Counted from the first letter of the whole stretch, positions 1 through 12,371 are shown. The stretch: 63,808 bases of DNA, filler included, from Lama guanicoe (GCA_013239625.1; 94 parts of 94 records of this genome joined end to end with filler, not necessarily neighbours in it); one strand, 5' to 3'. Made by a program: numbers and translations. Notes: generated by a model from the letters alone, not told the origin.

Positions 1-769
1 AGTCTTATTTTATAAAAATAGAAAACAAGCAGATGTGATACCTAAGACCCAAGCTTGAAAATACAGGCTGGGGGACGAAAACTGCTTTTGTTTTATTACA
101 CATTCTTGGGTTGGGTGTAAACAACGTTCGTTTTATTGACACTTTAGGAATTTAATTGCTGGCTATAGTCACTCTCCCAAGAATAAGCAATTGGCTCCCC
201 TGTATTATTAAAATCGCTAATCTATATCACAGCTTTGTTGTCCTGTCTTTCCAATATGCTCGGTAACATTTCTCCCCAAAGGGTCATTTGCATAACATGG
301 TATGCTAGTGCAGAAATTGGCATAGAGAGCTATAATTGAGGAAAAATACTACTGTGCCCCCTCCTTTGGAAAGGTCCATTTGAGTGTAGCTTGCACGATT
401 CTCTAGAATGATCCCCTGATGACCCCATGCCATCTGGAAAGTAGGAACCCCTGTTTTCCAATATGTGTGATGATGGATGTAGGTGCTTGGAAATGACCAC
501 AGCCTCAGCTAATTAAAGGGAGTCCTTTGGTGGCCCCTTTGCTCACCTAGAAAGCAGAGCTGGGTTGTAACTTCTGGGACCCAACTGGCCCCTTACAACT
601 CTCGCAGGCACACCTCACCTAGCCCGTATGTCAGTATCCCACGCGGGTTTAAAATGAGAACTCAGAGGCATGAGAGAATTCAGACCTCTTAGGTCTGGTG
701 CAAGTGATTAAGGCAGCTACACGTTTAAGGAGGAAAGAGAAAGCTGGAGGGAAGCTTACAGATCACAAA

Positions 770-850
770 GTCCAGTTCCTCATTTTAGACAAAGTGACTG
801 AGGCCACTAAGACTTTAGGTGGCCTGCTTAAGGCCACAGAGGGGACATCT
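770..850 (-). mobile_element. MIR SINE fragment
   Basis: cctcattttagacaaagtgactgaggcc resembles the antisense MIR core cattttacagatgaggaaactgaggc. Confidence 0.5.
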
Positions 851-959
851 AGTGTTGGTGGCCTTTTCTTCTTTTCATGTAACATTTAACATTACCTATC
901 TGGAGACTTTACTACATGTTTCTGTAAGGGAGGGAAAATATTCTATATAAAACCCATCC

Positions 960-1059
960 NNNNNNNNNNNNNNNNNNNNNNNNNNNNNNNNNNNNNNNNN
1001 NNNTTAATTAATTAANNNNNNNNNNNNNNNNNNNNNNNNNNNNNNNNNNNNNNNNNNNN
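960..1059. other. Artificial contig linker N44-TTAATTAATTAA-N44 (first of 93 copies; last at 63378-63477)
   Basis: Identical 100-nt spacer after every contig. The palindromic 12-mer puts TAA stops in all six frames, a standard pseudomolecule linker design. Confidence 0.99.
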
Positions 1060-2124
1060 CTGTCACTTAGCAGGTGAGCAGAACGCTTCTGGAGGAAATC
1101 AGCGTCTTTGCCCCATCCACGTGTATCGGAAGTGCCTTGCGATAAACAGAAATTTACCCTCTGCAAGTATTTGCTTTCTCCCTTTCTGTATTTTGAATTG
1201 GTGTTGAAGCTTATTTTAGCTTCCATTAGGAGCATTCTTAAAATTTTGATGGGACAAAAGAAAAATGTTTCCTAATGATTGTAGTCTATTAAAATCAGTA
1301 CCGTCATCCACTTTCTTGGAATTGCTTTTGCTGGAAGTGATCATGAAGCCTGGAGTCTAGTAATAAACAACCAACCAAAAAACTGCTATTTCAGAGCAGA
1401 GACTTACTTAAGGTATTAAATAAATCAGTCAAACCATGTTTTTCTCTATCCTCATTTGCTCTGATAGTTAATAACTCCCTCCCTGCCTTTTACTTATTTC
1501 TTCCTGTTTTTCCTCCTTGTCTCTTTTTTTCTCTCAGACCTTCCTTACTCTCTCTTGCCTCTTTCTTCTTACTTCTACATATACTTTCTCTAAAAGAAGA
1601 TTTTTTGGCCATTGACCATTCCCCTGTGAGTCTTATATTTACCTGTAAGGGAAGAGTGAGTTATGAGCCTCAGGTAATTCATCATTTAGCACAGGGATTC
1701 TTGTTCAGAATACTGCCCTGTCCTTCGCAGAACCAACCCTTACATCCTGCAAGCATCACTTAACTGAGTATAAATGGTTCACGACTCTTGCACTTAGAAC
1801 ACAACCTTAGCCAGAATTCCCTTCCATCCAAGGACTGTTTTGTAAATTCTGACGTGCATCTATTGAAGCAGACAGATGTATTTCGAACTATTTCCAAGAA
1901 GAAAGGATAGACAATAAAAATCCTTACAAATATTTTAACAGGTTTTTGNNNNNNNNNNNNNNNNNNNNNNNNNNNNNNNNNNNNNNNNNNNNTTAATTAA
2001 TTAANNNNNNNNNNNNNNNNNNNNNNNNNNNNNNNNNNNNNNNNNNNNAAAACTTGAGTGAGCTAGACTTTCTTCCTTATATGATTAAATAGACATTGTT
2101 ACTTTTTTCTGTCTATTGGATAAG

Positions 2125-2460
2125 GCAGTCAAAAGGTATACACCTCCAATTATAAGGTAAATAAGTATTAAGGGTGTAATGTACAACACGATAAATATAA
2201 TTAACACTGCAGGATATTATATTTGAAAGTTGTTTAGAGGGTAAGTCCTAAGAGTTCTCATCACACGCACAAACACACCACACACACACACACAATTTTT
2301 TCCGTGTCTTTAATTCTGTATCTGTATGAGATGCTGGATACTCACTAAACTTGTGATAGTCATTTCATGATGTGCAGAAGTCAAACCATGATGCTGTCCA
2401 CCTTAAACTCATACAGTGTTGTGTATCAGTTATATCTCAATAAAACTGGAAGGAAAAACA
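2125..2460 (+). mobile_element. L1 (L1MA-type) 3' end containing a (CA)n microsatellite at ~2262-2293
   Basis: Typical L1MA 3' UTR text (gtaatgtacaacacgat...ttgaaagttg...agttctcatcac...ccttaaactcatacagtg...tatatctcaataaaactgg). Confidence 0.85.
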
Positions 2461-3429
2461 GACACTGTAATTTTTTGCTCGTCCAGAAGCAACTCAGAAT
2501 TGAGCAAGGAGTTCAAAAGTGGAGNNNNNNNNNNNNNNNNNNNNNNNNNNNNNNNNNNNNNNNNNNNNTTAATTAATTAANNNNNNNNNNNNNNNNNNNN
2601 NNNNNNNNNNNNNNNNNNNNNNNNTAAACAAACAAAAAAACCAACAATGTGGATTTTGAGGAGAACAAAGATTAGGTTATCGCTGTTTGGAAAAGTAGTA
2701 TTTTAAAAGAGATGTTAATAAATACACTAAAACTCCTTAAATTACAGGTTGACAAAACATATTGGTGTACTTATTACGATCTAAATTGTTTTTGGTAAAA
2801 CAAAATTTGGGTGGATCTCCCCAGTGCCTCTGGAGAAGCTTTCAATTCTCCACCAGTCCCCAGGTCTCCTAAATACTTAAGATCAAACATGCATCACCAT
2901 CAGCAATACCTAGAACCCAAGAGTACGGACAAAACTGATCAATAAATCATGATCACATCACCTGACTATAAAAGTGGCAATGTATTAGGACATTAGTGTA
3001 AATAACTTAGATTATCGCATGAACTGCTTTAGACATGGTTAGAGGAGCTTGACAGACGTCTTCAAAAAATCATGAACTTCAATTTAATTACAGACAGGTG
3101 AGTATGGCTAATAGCAAGCAACAGATAATCCCTAAAGTTACTGTACTTGAATCTGGCAAGAATCTCTTACAAGAGTGGTGACCTGGAAATCAGACCCTAG
3201 AGTCATGGTCTACTCTTGAAAGAAATTCAATATGGTAACCTCTTTGGCTTTATTTGTAATTAAAAAAAANNNNNNNNNNNNNNNNNNNNNNNNNNNNNNN
3301 NNNNNNNNNNNNNTTAATTAATTAANNNNNNNNNNNNNNNNNNNNNNNNNNNNNNNNNNNNNNNNNNNNAAAAAAAAACCAAAACCAAAAACTAAGGACG
3401 AACCCCACAATCTTCTATTATTAGAATTA

Positions 3430-3620
3430 AAATTTTTTGTTATAAATATTGCTGAGAGAGATGTCATTGCGCTCATATCTTGGTATGTTTATGCTTTTCT
3501 GAGCACCATCTTCTAGGAATGGAATTGTTGGGTGAAAACATATGCACAGTTTAAGAGTTTTTGAAACATATTACCAAACTGTCCTCCAAAAGAATTTTTA
3601 TAGCTTTACAGTCCAACTGA
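3430..3620 (-). mobile_element. Old L1 ORF2 3' fragment
   Basis: ctaggaatggaattgttgggtg...accaaactgtcctccaaaag matches antisense L1 ORF2 end. Confidence 0.7.
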
Positions 3621-5189
3621 GGGCAGTCCCATTTGCAGGGGAAGGAAATGGACTAAGAGTCAGGAAGGAGTTAGGGTTAGGGAGCCCGGGGAAGAGCAGG
3701 ACTGGGGACATATGGGATAGTTAATATTCTTGTAGTGCAGAAAAGACCTTACAAGGAGGACACGAACTCATTTACCCCCAGTCCACCAAGCACTGTGTGA
3801 GACATACTTGGACTGAGAGTGCAACGTGAGGCATCAAAGTNNNNNNNNNNNNNNNNNNNNNNNNNNNNNNNNNNNNNNNNNNNNTTAATTAATTAANNNN
3901 NNNNNNNNNNNNNNNNNNNNNNNNNNNNNNNNNNNNNNNNATAAAGGCAAAAGCTAGAAAAGTATATGTGAATAAGAAAAGTTATATTCTGGTTTGGGGA
4001 TTATGGATGATTTTTACTTTACTGCTATTAATATTACTGCTATACAGCTTTTTCAATGAAAACTAGAAACGGGAGAAAGAATTCATATCACCAATGATTG
4101 ATCCTGGAAGAGATTAATAATTGATTACAAAGGAGCTTGCAAACATGAAGTTTGTGTAACAGCTCACAGACTAACAAACCAGAACTTGCAAGATATGAAG
4201 GGAGAACTATTCCTGTCTTATACAGACAGACAGTAAAGAGAGATGTTAGAAGATGGAATAAAGAGTTGTACTAAAATCTCATTCCTTGTAACACCGTAAT
4301 TATTCTGAAATTACTGGCTTCTAGAGACCCACTAACAATACAGTACTTGCTAAGTGTTGTCAAATATAATTTTATTCAAGATTCCCAGAGTCAAGTTCAG
4401 CATAAAAAACATGCTTTAATAAACTTATAAAAATGATAAAACACTTCAGTGANNNNNNNNNNNNNNNNNNNNNNNNNNNNNNNNNNNNNNNNNNNNTTAA
4501 TTAATTAANNNNNNNNNNNNNNNNNNNNNNNNNNNNNNNNNNNNNNNNNNNNTACTGCATGCCCTTGAAAGCATCACACTTACAACATATTCCCACTTAC
4601 AGGCCATTTCTGACTAATACAGATTGACATACACCACATCCAGACCGATTCTGATTTCCTATGGCTCTGCAGGCCAGACCATGACATTATAGACTGAAGA
4701 ACAAGCATTGCGCTAGAGTATTTAGGTTTGGGAGGGAAAAAAAAGTTCTCTCAACAATCATTCTGTTTATCATTCAAATCCTTCCCACCCATGTACGCTG
4801 GTAAGAAACAAGTGACTAAAATTTAAGTGGCCAACTCGCAGTTCTTTTTAATTAAGACACTTTGTTTGCTCAATAAAATACAGCGTAAAAAACATTTACT
4901 GCAAACCCACTCATTGATGTCTAATAGCTGTGTCAAATCCTCATAACAACATTTATTCCAACTCCCCCAGATAATTGCTCATCTTTCTCATTTAGTATCC
5001 ACAACAGCACGGCATTTGTGTCCAAGTGTAANNNNNNNNNNNNNNNNNNNNNNNNNNNNNNNNNNNNNNNNNNNNTTAATTAATTAANNNNNNNNNNNNN
5101 NNNNNNNNNNNNNNNNNNNNNNNNNNNNNNNCCAATGAAAGATGCCTGGGCCAGAAAGAGAAAGAAAAGTGCCATATGGTTTTGGGTTT

Positions 5190-5770
5190 TGGGGTACTGC
5201 TAACCTCATGGACTAAATTGGGAAATATTCCCACCTCATAATTTCTGAAAGAGTTTGCATAATCAATGAAATAGCAAACAAAAATACTCTAGAAAAAAGT
5301 CAGTGAAGCCCAAAACCAGTTCTTCAGAATGATTAATAAAGTTGATAATACCTAAGAAAATTAATCAAGAAAAAAGAGAAGAAACAAATAAAATCATGAA
5401 TAAAGGGAACATATCTATGTCCTATGGACATTAAAAGAATAACATAGGAATGATCTGAACAAGTTAATGAGCTTGATAACTTATATTAAATGAACTGAAT
5501 GAAGGAATGTTTTTTAAAACATGTAACTTTCTTTCCTCTTGCTTACTTTGAAGTTCATTTGCTCTTTCTTGGGTTCCATGTTTCTTAAGGTGAAAACTTA
5601 GACCATTGACTTGAGATCTGTCTTTTTACTAACATGAGCACTTCATATTATAAATTTCCTACCAGGCACGACTTTAATTGCATCCCACACATTTTGATAT
5701 GATGTGTTTTAATTTTCATTGCTTAAAATATTCCTATTTACTTTATTTTTGATCCACTGATTGTTTAGGA
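5190..5770. mobile_element. L1 ORF2 remnant with an internal inversion (minus ~5190-5260, plus ~5261-5500, minus ~5530-5770)
   Basis: Three recognisable ORF2 segments; the middle one is in the opposite orientation to its flanks. Confidence 0.75.
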
Positions 5771-5899
5771 GCTTCCTGCCCAATGAGCCTGTGGGTTGGT
5801 GCGAAGCACGGCCAGGAGAGGAGCGCTGTCACCATGGAGACCTGAGAGCTGCCAGTGGGGAGCCTGGACCACTGGGAAGCTGTGGGCAGAGGGAGGCGC

Positions 5900-6005
5900 A
5901 GGAGGAGACCCCAGGAGAACGCACTGGAGGAGAGGTGGGGTGCGCAGGTTCCACGCTCTGGAAGGTGAGTACGGCGGCGGTGGCGGGGCGCGGGGCGCGG
6001 GGCGC
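5900..6005 (+). promoter_or_regulatory. Edge of a CpG island with a consensus splice donor (AAG|GTGAGT, intron from 5965)
   Basis: Dense CpG and GGGGCGC repeats up to the contig end; perfect donor sequence. Confidence 0.45.
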
Positions 6006-7018
6006 NNNNNNNNNNNNNNNNNNNNNNNNNNNNNNNNNNNNNNNNNNNNTTAATTAATTAANNNNNNNNNNNNNNNNNNNNNNNNNNNNNNNNNNNNNNN
6101 NNNNNTCCCTTTCTTCAGCATATGGTAATGTTGATATTCCATTCTTTTTTAAAATCCTCTTCTTATTCTGGTTCCAATACCCATTTTAAAATAGCCTCCA
6201 CTCCAACTCTTTCCTCATTTCTTCTTTTGCCTCTCAAATGCAGGGATCAATTTATGGCCCTTGTGGACCTTAATCCCAGTCTCATTTACAGAATTTATCT
6301 TATCATTGTAGCATATATTTTTTCATTCGATGCATAAATGAAAAAGTGCCTTCTAGTATCCCGACTATGAGGATCTATTGTTAGTGGTTACCATTGTGCC
6401 TTTTCACTGACCTTTGTATCTGACTCTGTTATGCAGAAATCCTTTTGCCACAAAACATAGTACAAGTCATGCAATCTAGGACACATTCGTCAGACTCATC
6501 ACTGTAAATTCTCAGAATGCATAGCTGGTTTTTGATTCCCTTTCCACAATAATCCTCAACAGAGAAGATGCTGGTAGTGCACAGTGAACTTTCTTCTTTG
6601 ACATCATCCATTCATGAGGAAGTAGGGACTTAGGACCATGAAACACAAATATATGTACCTGTGTGATGATACTATCAAACCCTATTAAGTGAAATATTAT
6701 GCTCAAGTCAAACTATATATTTTCCTCTTCTTCATCTGTCAATTCTGTAATTTGCCATGAGAGGAAATATAATTATCTAGTTTATAAAGTCTGGTTCTCC
6801 ATTCCCTCCCTATAATATTTATAATAAGATCCCCCATTGTGTCTTTTCCATAGATCATTCTCTTCAACAAGAAGCAGTACAGAGATATGTGGTTAAAATA
6901 TGAGTTCCAGGTCCATACNNNNNNNNNNNNNNNNNNNNNNNNNNNNNNNNNNNNNNNNNNNNTTAATTAATTAANNNNNNNNNNNNNNNNNNNNNNNNNN
7001 NNNNNNNNNNNNNNNNNN

Positions 7019-7514
7019 GTGTCTTTAAAATATACATTCAAATAATCCATAGTTCAAAAATTAATCATACCAAAATGAGAAAATATTTTAATTGCAAGAT
7101 GAATATGACATACTGAAACAGAATGCAGCTAAAGCATTGCTTAAAGGGAAATTTATACTTTAAATGCATTTAATAGAAATGAGAATTTTTTAAAAATCAG
7201 TGATAAAAGTAATCATTCCAACAGGTCCAACAAGTCAGAAACAAACCCCAACAAATTAAAACCTAAGAAAGTAAGAGGAGTAAGAGGGAGGAAGTAACAA
7301 CTACAAAAAGATAAAGGCAGAAATTAATGAAATAGAAACAGACAGAAATGGACAGGAAAATCAGAGACAAAAGCTGGTTCTTTCAAAAGAGTTATAAACC
7401 TGATAAGTCCTCAACAAGGCAGATCAAGAAAAAAAGAAAGAGCGGGTACCAATGTCAGGACTGAAGGTCACATCCTTACATTTCATACAAACTTTAAGGA
7501 GAGACTAAGAGGAT
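7019..7514 (+). mobile_element. L1 ORF2 fragment (near-identical to 34279-34776)
   Basis: gcagctaaagcattgcttaaagggaaatttatac...aaagctggttctttcaaaag is characteristic L1 ORF2. Confidence 0.85.
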
Positions 7515-7842
7515 NNNNNNNNNNNNNNNNNNNNNNNNNNNNNNNNNNNNNNNNNNNNTTAATTAATTAANNNNNNNNNNNNNNNNNNNNNNNNNNNNNN
7601 NNNNNNNNNNNNNNGAACAAAACAGAATGCCACATTAAGAAATCATTGGAAACTCTGTTTTCCTAACACTGTCCTACTCTAAAATTTGGAGAAATATGGT
7701 CACAGGAATTCAAACTACATTCCCAAACTAAAGGCATTTTTGCCTCCTCGTCTAAACAAAGTCCTCCATAACAGGGTCTGTGTAGTATCTCTGGGTCCTA
7801 ACTGAATGCCCTACAAACAGAAGGGGCTGAATACATGTTTTT

Positions 7843-7892
7843 TGATGATGATGATGATGATGGTGATGATAATGGTGATGATGATGATAATG
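7843..7892. repeat. (GAT)n microsatellite, imperfect
   Basis: Seen directly in the sequence. Confidence 0.95.
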
Positions 7893-8730
7893 AACCAACT
7901 CCCGTTAATTCTTACCACGAGTAATAGTCCATATATTTATTCCTTAGACCCATGCTTCTCAAAACATGTTCCACAAAAATGTACCTGTCTTGCAATATTG
8001 GTGATTGTTCTATTAAAAATGGAGGGAGAGGAAAGCCTTCTTAGTTTAATTAAGATTGCAAAACCTGAGTTGTACAAAGTTAAAGATATTTTCTTGCCAC
8101 AGAATTTCTTTTAAAACTTTGTACCATTTTTGTGCATTGTGAAACTCTGAGAGAGGGTTAAAGTTTACGACATTTTCCAAAATTGTTTAAAAAGGAAAAC
8201 TTAAGAAACCTTTAAGGGCACCAGTGACTTTCAGAACGAAGTTTGAGAAATGCTACATTAGACAAATGTTAAATGAGTACCCATTGTATGCAAGAGGAGT
8301 GTCCATGGAAACACATCCTTTCTGTCAGGCTTGGCTGTTGTTGTTTTGTAATCTGTTAACAGATGANNNNNNNNNNNNNNNNNNNNNNNNNNNNNNNNNN
8401 NNNNNNNNNNTTAATTAATTAANNNNNNNNNNNNNNNNNNNNNNNNNNNNNNNNNNNNNNNNNNNNGACAGAGACTTGTTTACAGCCTGAGGCAGATAGG
8501 ATCCTTCTGCCCTGGAACCTCTGAGAATTCACATTGTCAAGATAAACAGGGAGCTGCGTTTTGGCAAGGAACAGGGGCAGGGCTGTTTCCCCGTCTTCCC
8601 TGAGCCTGCCTATGGAGCGTGGGCCCAAGGCAGAGCAGGCAGCTGCACAGAGCAGGGGAGCGACTGGCGCCAGGAGAGGGCAGGTGGCCACCCGCCTTCC
8701 CGGCAGGAGCACAGCACGTGACCAGGGTGC

Positions 8731-8953
8731 TGGGAGGGGGTGCAACCTGCCCACCTATCTTGCCCTAGTGCAGCATCTGACCTGCAGTATTGGGAGGGGG
8801 AGTGACCCGCCACCTCCTGTGATGTTGGGAGGGGGCGAGGTCCGCCCGCCAACCTCGCCGGAGGGCAGCATCTGACAGCGGCATATGGAGGGGGAGTGAC
8901 ATGCCCACCCACCGTGTAAAAGCACATCACCCGACCGCAGTGTTGGGAGGGGG
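8731..8953. repeat. Degenerate G-rich tandem array of ~60-bp units anchored on TGGGAGGGGG
   Basis: Motif at 8731, 8791, 8826, 8886 (TGGAGGGGG) and 8944, with recurrent gcagcatctgac. Confidence 0.7.
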
Positions 8954-9332
8954 CGCGATCAGCTTGCCGACAGGCACTGTGAGCATCACGGACCATGGGC
9001 ACCAATGTAGGGCCTCTGGAAGCAGTAAGGTGAGTTCGAGAAACAGGGCAAAGCAGAAAGACCTCTTGGAAAATCATTAAGAACGCAAAGTCTCCTTAAA
9101 ACACATTACCCAATTTTTTAAAAAAAAGGAAAAAAAATGAATTGAAGTGTATATTTAAATATAACAATAATAATATTTTAAAAGAAAAGTTTTACAGGGA
9201 TTAATACTGAAGACACACAGAATGTTTAAAAAGAAAAAATTAAAATGGAACTCAGCTTGCTACTTCCAGAGTCCCTCCATTGTTGCCCATGGTCCGTGAT
9301 GCTCACAGTGCCTGTCGGCAAGCAGATCGCGC
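8953..9332. repeat. 85-bp inverted repeat (arms 8953-9037 and 9248-9332) around a 210-bp A-rich spacer
   Basis: Arms align as reverse complements at 78/85 positions without gaps. Confidence 0.93.
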
Positions 9333-9432
9333 NNNNNNNNNNNNNNNNNNNNNNNNNNNNNNNNNNNNNNNNNNNNTTAATTAATTAANNNNNNNNNNNN
9401 NNNNNNNNNNNNNNNNNNNNNNNNNNNNNNNN

Positions 9433-9650
9433 AAAGTTGGTAAGAGAGTAAATCTTGAAAGTTCTTACCACAGAAAAAAAATCTGTAACTATGTATGGTG
9501 AATAGACTAACTAACGTTAACTAGACTTACTGAGGTGATCGTTTCACAATATATACAAACAGTGAATCATGTTGTACATCTGAAACTAATATAATGTTAT
9601 ATGCCAATTACACCTCAAACCAAAAAAAAAAGAAAGAAAGAAAGAAAGAG
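9433..9650 (+). mobile_element. L1MA-type 3' end with A-rich tail
   Basis: gagagtaaatcttgaaagttctt...tgttgtacatctgaaactaatataatgttatatgccaattacacctcaa followed by polyA/(GAAA)n. Confidence 0.85.
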
Positions 9651-10274
9651 ATAAACTGGACCTCATTAAACTTAAAAACTTTTGGTCTATAAAAGAACCT
9701 GTTAAAAGGGTGAAAAGACAAGCTACAGACTGGGAGAAATGACTATAACCACGTATTTGGGAAAGGACCAGTATTGAGAATATAGAAAGAACTCTCAAAA
9801 TTCAACAATTTAAAGACAATCAAAGTAGAAAATAAGTTAAATACATAAATAGACATTTCACCAAAGAGGATATACACATGACAAATACGCATATGAAAAG
9901 ATGTTCAACATCACTAGCTATTAGGGAAATGCAAATTAAAACCACAGTGAGGTATCACTAAACATATAGCAGAATGGCTAAAATTAAAAATAGTGACACT
10001 ACCAAATGCTAGTGAGGATACAGAAAACTAGATCACTTACATATTGCTGTAATATAAAACGGTACAGCCACTCAGGGAAACATTTATGTTTTTACAAATC
10101 TAAATATGCAACTACCATATGAATATGCGCTCCTGGGCATTTATCTCAGAGAAATGAAGACTCAGCTCACACAAAAACTTGTACTCGAACATTCTAGATG
10201 TCCTTCGGAGGCTGCATGGTTAAACTGTGGTATACCCACAGCAGGGAGTACTACTCAGTAACAAAAGGGAATGA
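9651..10274 (+). mobile_element. Older L1 ORF2 C-terminal fragment
   Basis: agacaagctacagactgggagaa...agacatttcaccaaagaggatatac...gaaatgcaaattaaaaccacagtgagg. Confidence 0.9.
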
Positions 10275-10749
10275 NNNNNNNNNNNNNNNNNNNNNNNNNN
10301 NNNNNNNNNNNNNNNNNNTTAATTAATTAANNNNNNNNNNNNNNNNNNNNNNNNNNNNNNNNNNNNNNNNNNNNGGTCAAACCTGGCTGGCTGGGATGTG
10401 GAGAGCTGGGGAATGGTCCTGCTCCCCGAGGTGGAGCCCATGCATTCTGGGTATGTCTTCCCTCCCGGGTGTCTGAGCTGAACAGAGTCCCAGTCTGATC
10501 TTGCAGCAGAGGGCCGAGTGGACAGAATCAGGAGTTTTCCTGGCCGGGCAGGGCTCTGAGACTTCCAGGCCGGGTTAGCTGCTGGTCACTGTCATTGCAG
10601 AGCNNNNNNNNNNNNNNNNNNNNNNNNNNNNNNNNNNNNNNNNNNNNTTAATTAATTAANNNNNNNNNNNNNNNNNNNNNNNNNNNNNNNNNNNNNNNNN
10701 NNNTTTGAAATATTCAGTATCTATTTATGAGTAAGTTTCTCCTCAAATT

Positions 10750-10961
10750 GGGAATGAGGAAACATACCTCAACACAGATAAGATCATATATGACAAGGAC
10801 TCAGCTAACATGACACTCACTGATTAAAAGCTGAAATCATCTCCTTTATGAACAGGAAAAAGACAAGAATACAAACTCTTTCAACTTTTATTCTGAATAG
10901 TATTGGAAATTTTAGCCATAGTTATCCAAAATAAATGTAAATAAAATATGGCTAATTTAGA
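10750..10961 (+). mobile_element. L1 ORF2 (RT region) fragment
   Basis: tacctcaacacagataagatcatatatgacaa...aggaaaaagacaagaat...atagtattggaaattttagcca. Confidence 0.8.
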
Positions 10962-12371
10962 NNNNNNNNNNNNNNNNNNNNNNNNNNNNNNNNNNNNNNN
11001 NNNNNTTAATTAATTAANNNNNNNNNNNNNNNNNNNNNNNNNNNNNNNNNNNNNNNNNNNNCTGTGTGTATCAGAATCACTGCAAATCCAAATGATGTTA
11101 AGGGAGTTACCGCCTGAGAAGCTCCACCCACAGTTTGCCCCCGTTCGTGTCTACAGTTAGGAGCTAGCAGTTGGTGTGGAAGAGTTAGAGCAGAGGTGAT
11201 TTCTATACATTTAACTGTGTTTCCACGCACTTGCCATCTTGAAATTAACAGTATCTGCCATAGAAAAGGACCCCTGCATGGCCTGAGTAGAAGTGCTTTG
11301 CAAGGCAAGGACCACGGCGGAGCCCAAGCTGGGGGAGGGCTTGAGCGGCCCCTTCCTGTCTGGCATCTTCCCTCCTGGGCACCTGGTCCTCCTCNNNNNN
11401 NNNNNNNNNNNNNNNNNNNNNNNNNNNNNNNNNNNNNNTTAATTAATTAANNNNNNNNNNNNNNNNNNNNNNNNNNNNNNNNNNNNNNNNNNNNAATCGT
11501 TTTCCAAGCTGTCAAAATGATGAAAACAATTTCTGCACATGTCGTTGAATAGAGACCATGTCTTTGGGAAAGACTTGTCAGCATGATGCCGTTGTTCTAT
11601 ATTCATCCAGTTCACCCACATACTGAAAAGAAAGGGATCCGGAGTAGTGTTCATGGAACTCTGCTTGACAGCTCTCTTTGAGTTTTCCTCACGCAATTGC
11701 CCTGGGCTCTGTTCCAAAAAGAAAACATGGTAAGTTCAAGGTCATGGGTCAGGGAGGGTTGATGATCCTCAGTGTGCGTGTCTTTAAGCTCAGGGACATA
11801 GAAAATTAGCTTGAGAGGAGAGGGACAGGCAGGTGGGGGAAAGTGATGTACTAAAGGAAGTCCTCACTTGCTCAGCATCTGTCCCTTTCTGGGGCTGGTG
11901 ACCCTGAAACTTAGGACACACTCTGTAGCATCGGTCTCTTCACTTTAGTTGCTGGGCTAACCTGAATTGAGAGTGCAATGGGTGTTCCCAAGTACGTCCG
12001 AGCATTTGTGTCAAGGTTAAAGACGGAGGACTACCTCAGCCACTTAGGAAAACTTGTCTTCTCCCCCATTCCACGCCATCCTCCCACCACACTGCTTAAT
12101 GCCATTGGTGTGTGAGATCCAGCAGAGGCTTTACAGAAATCTATTTTCTGGTGTCTGTGGGGCCGGAAATTCTCTGTGGGTAAAAAAAACGTGTCAAATT
12201 CCTTCACTTTACCCTCATGAACCCAAAGGCTCACGAAAGGTACCTGGCTTCCTTGAAGTCACAAGTATCTANNNNNNNNNNNNNNNNNNNNNNNNNNNNN
12301 NNNNNNNNNNNNNNNTTAATTAATTAANNNNNNNNNNNNNNNNNNNNNNNNNNNNNNNNNNNNNNNNNNNN

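Noticed and set aside
1060..1170. CpG cluster with exon-like look at a contig start
   Set aside because: No consistent acceptor/donor pair and no recognisable peptide in the frames I translated
7806..8114. 102-aa ORF with a poly-Met run
   Set aside because: Translation of a (GAT)n microsatellite
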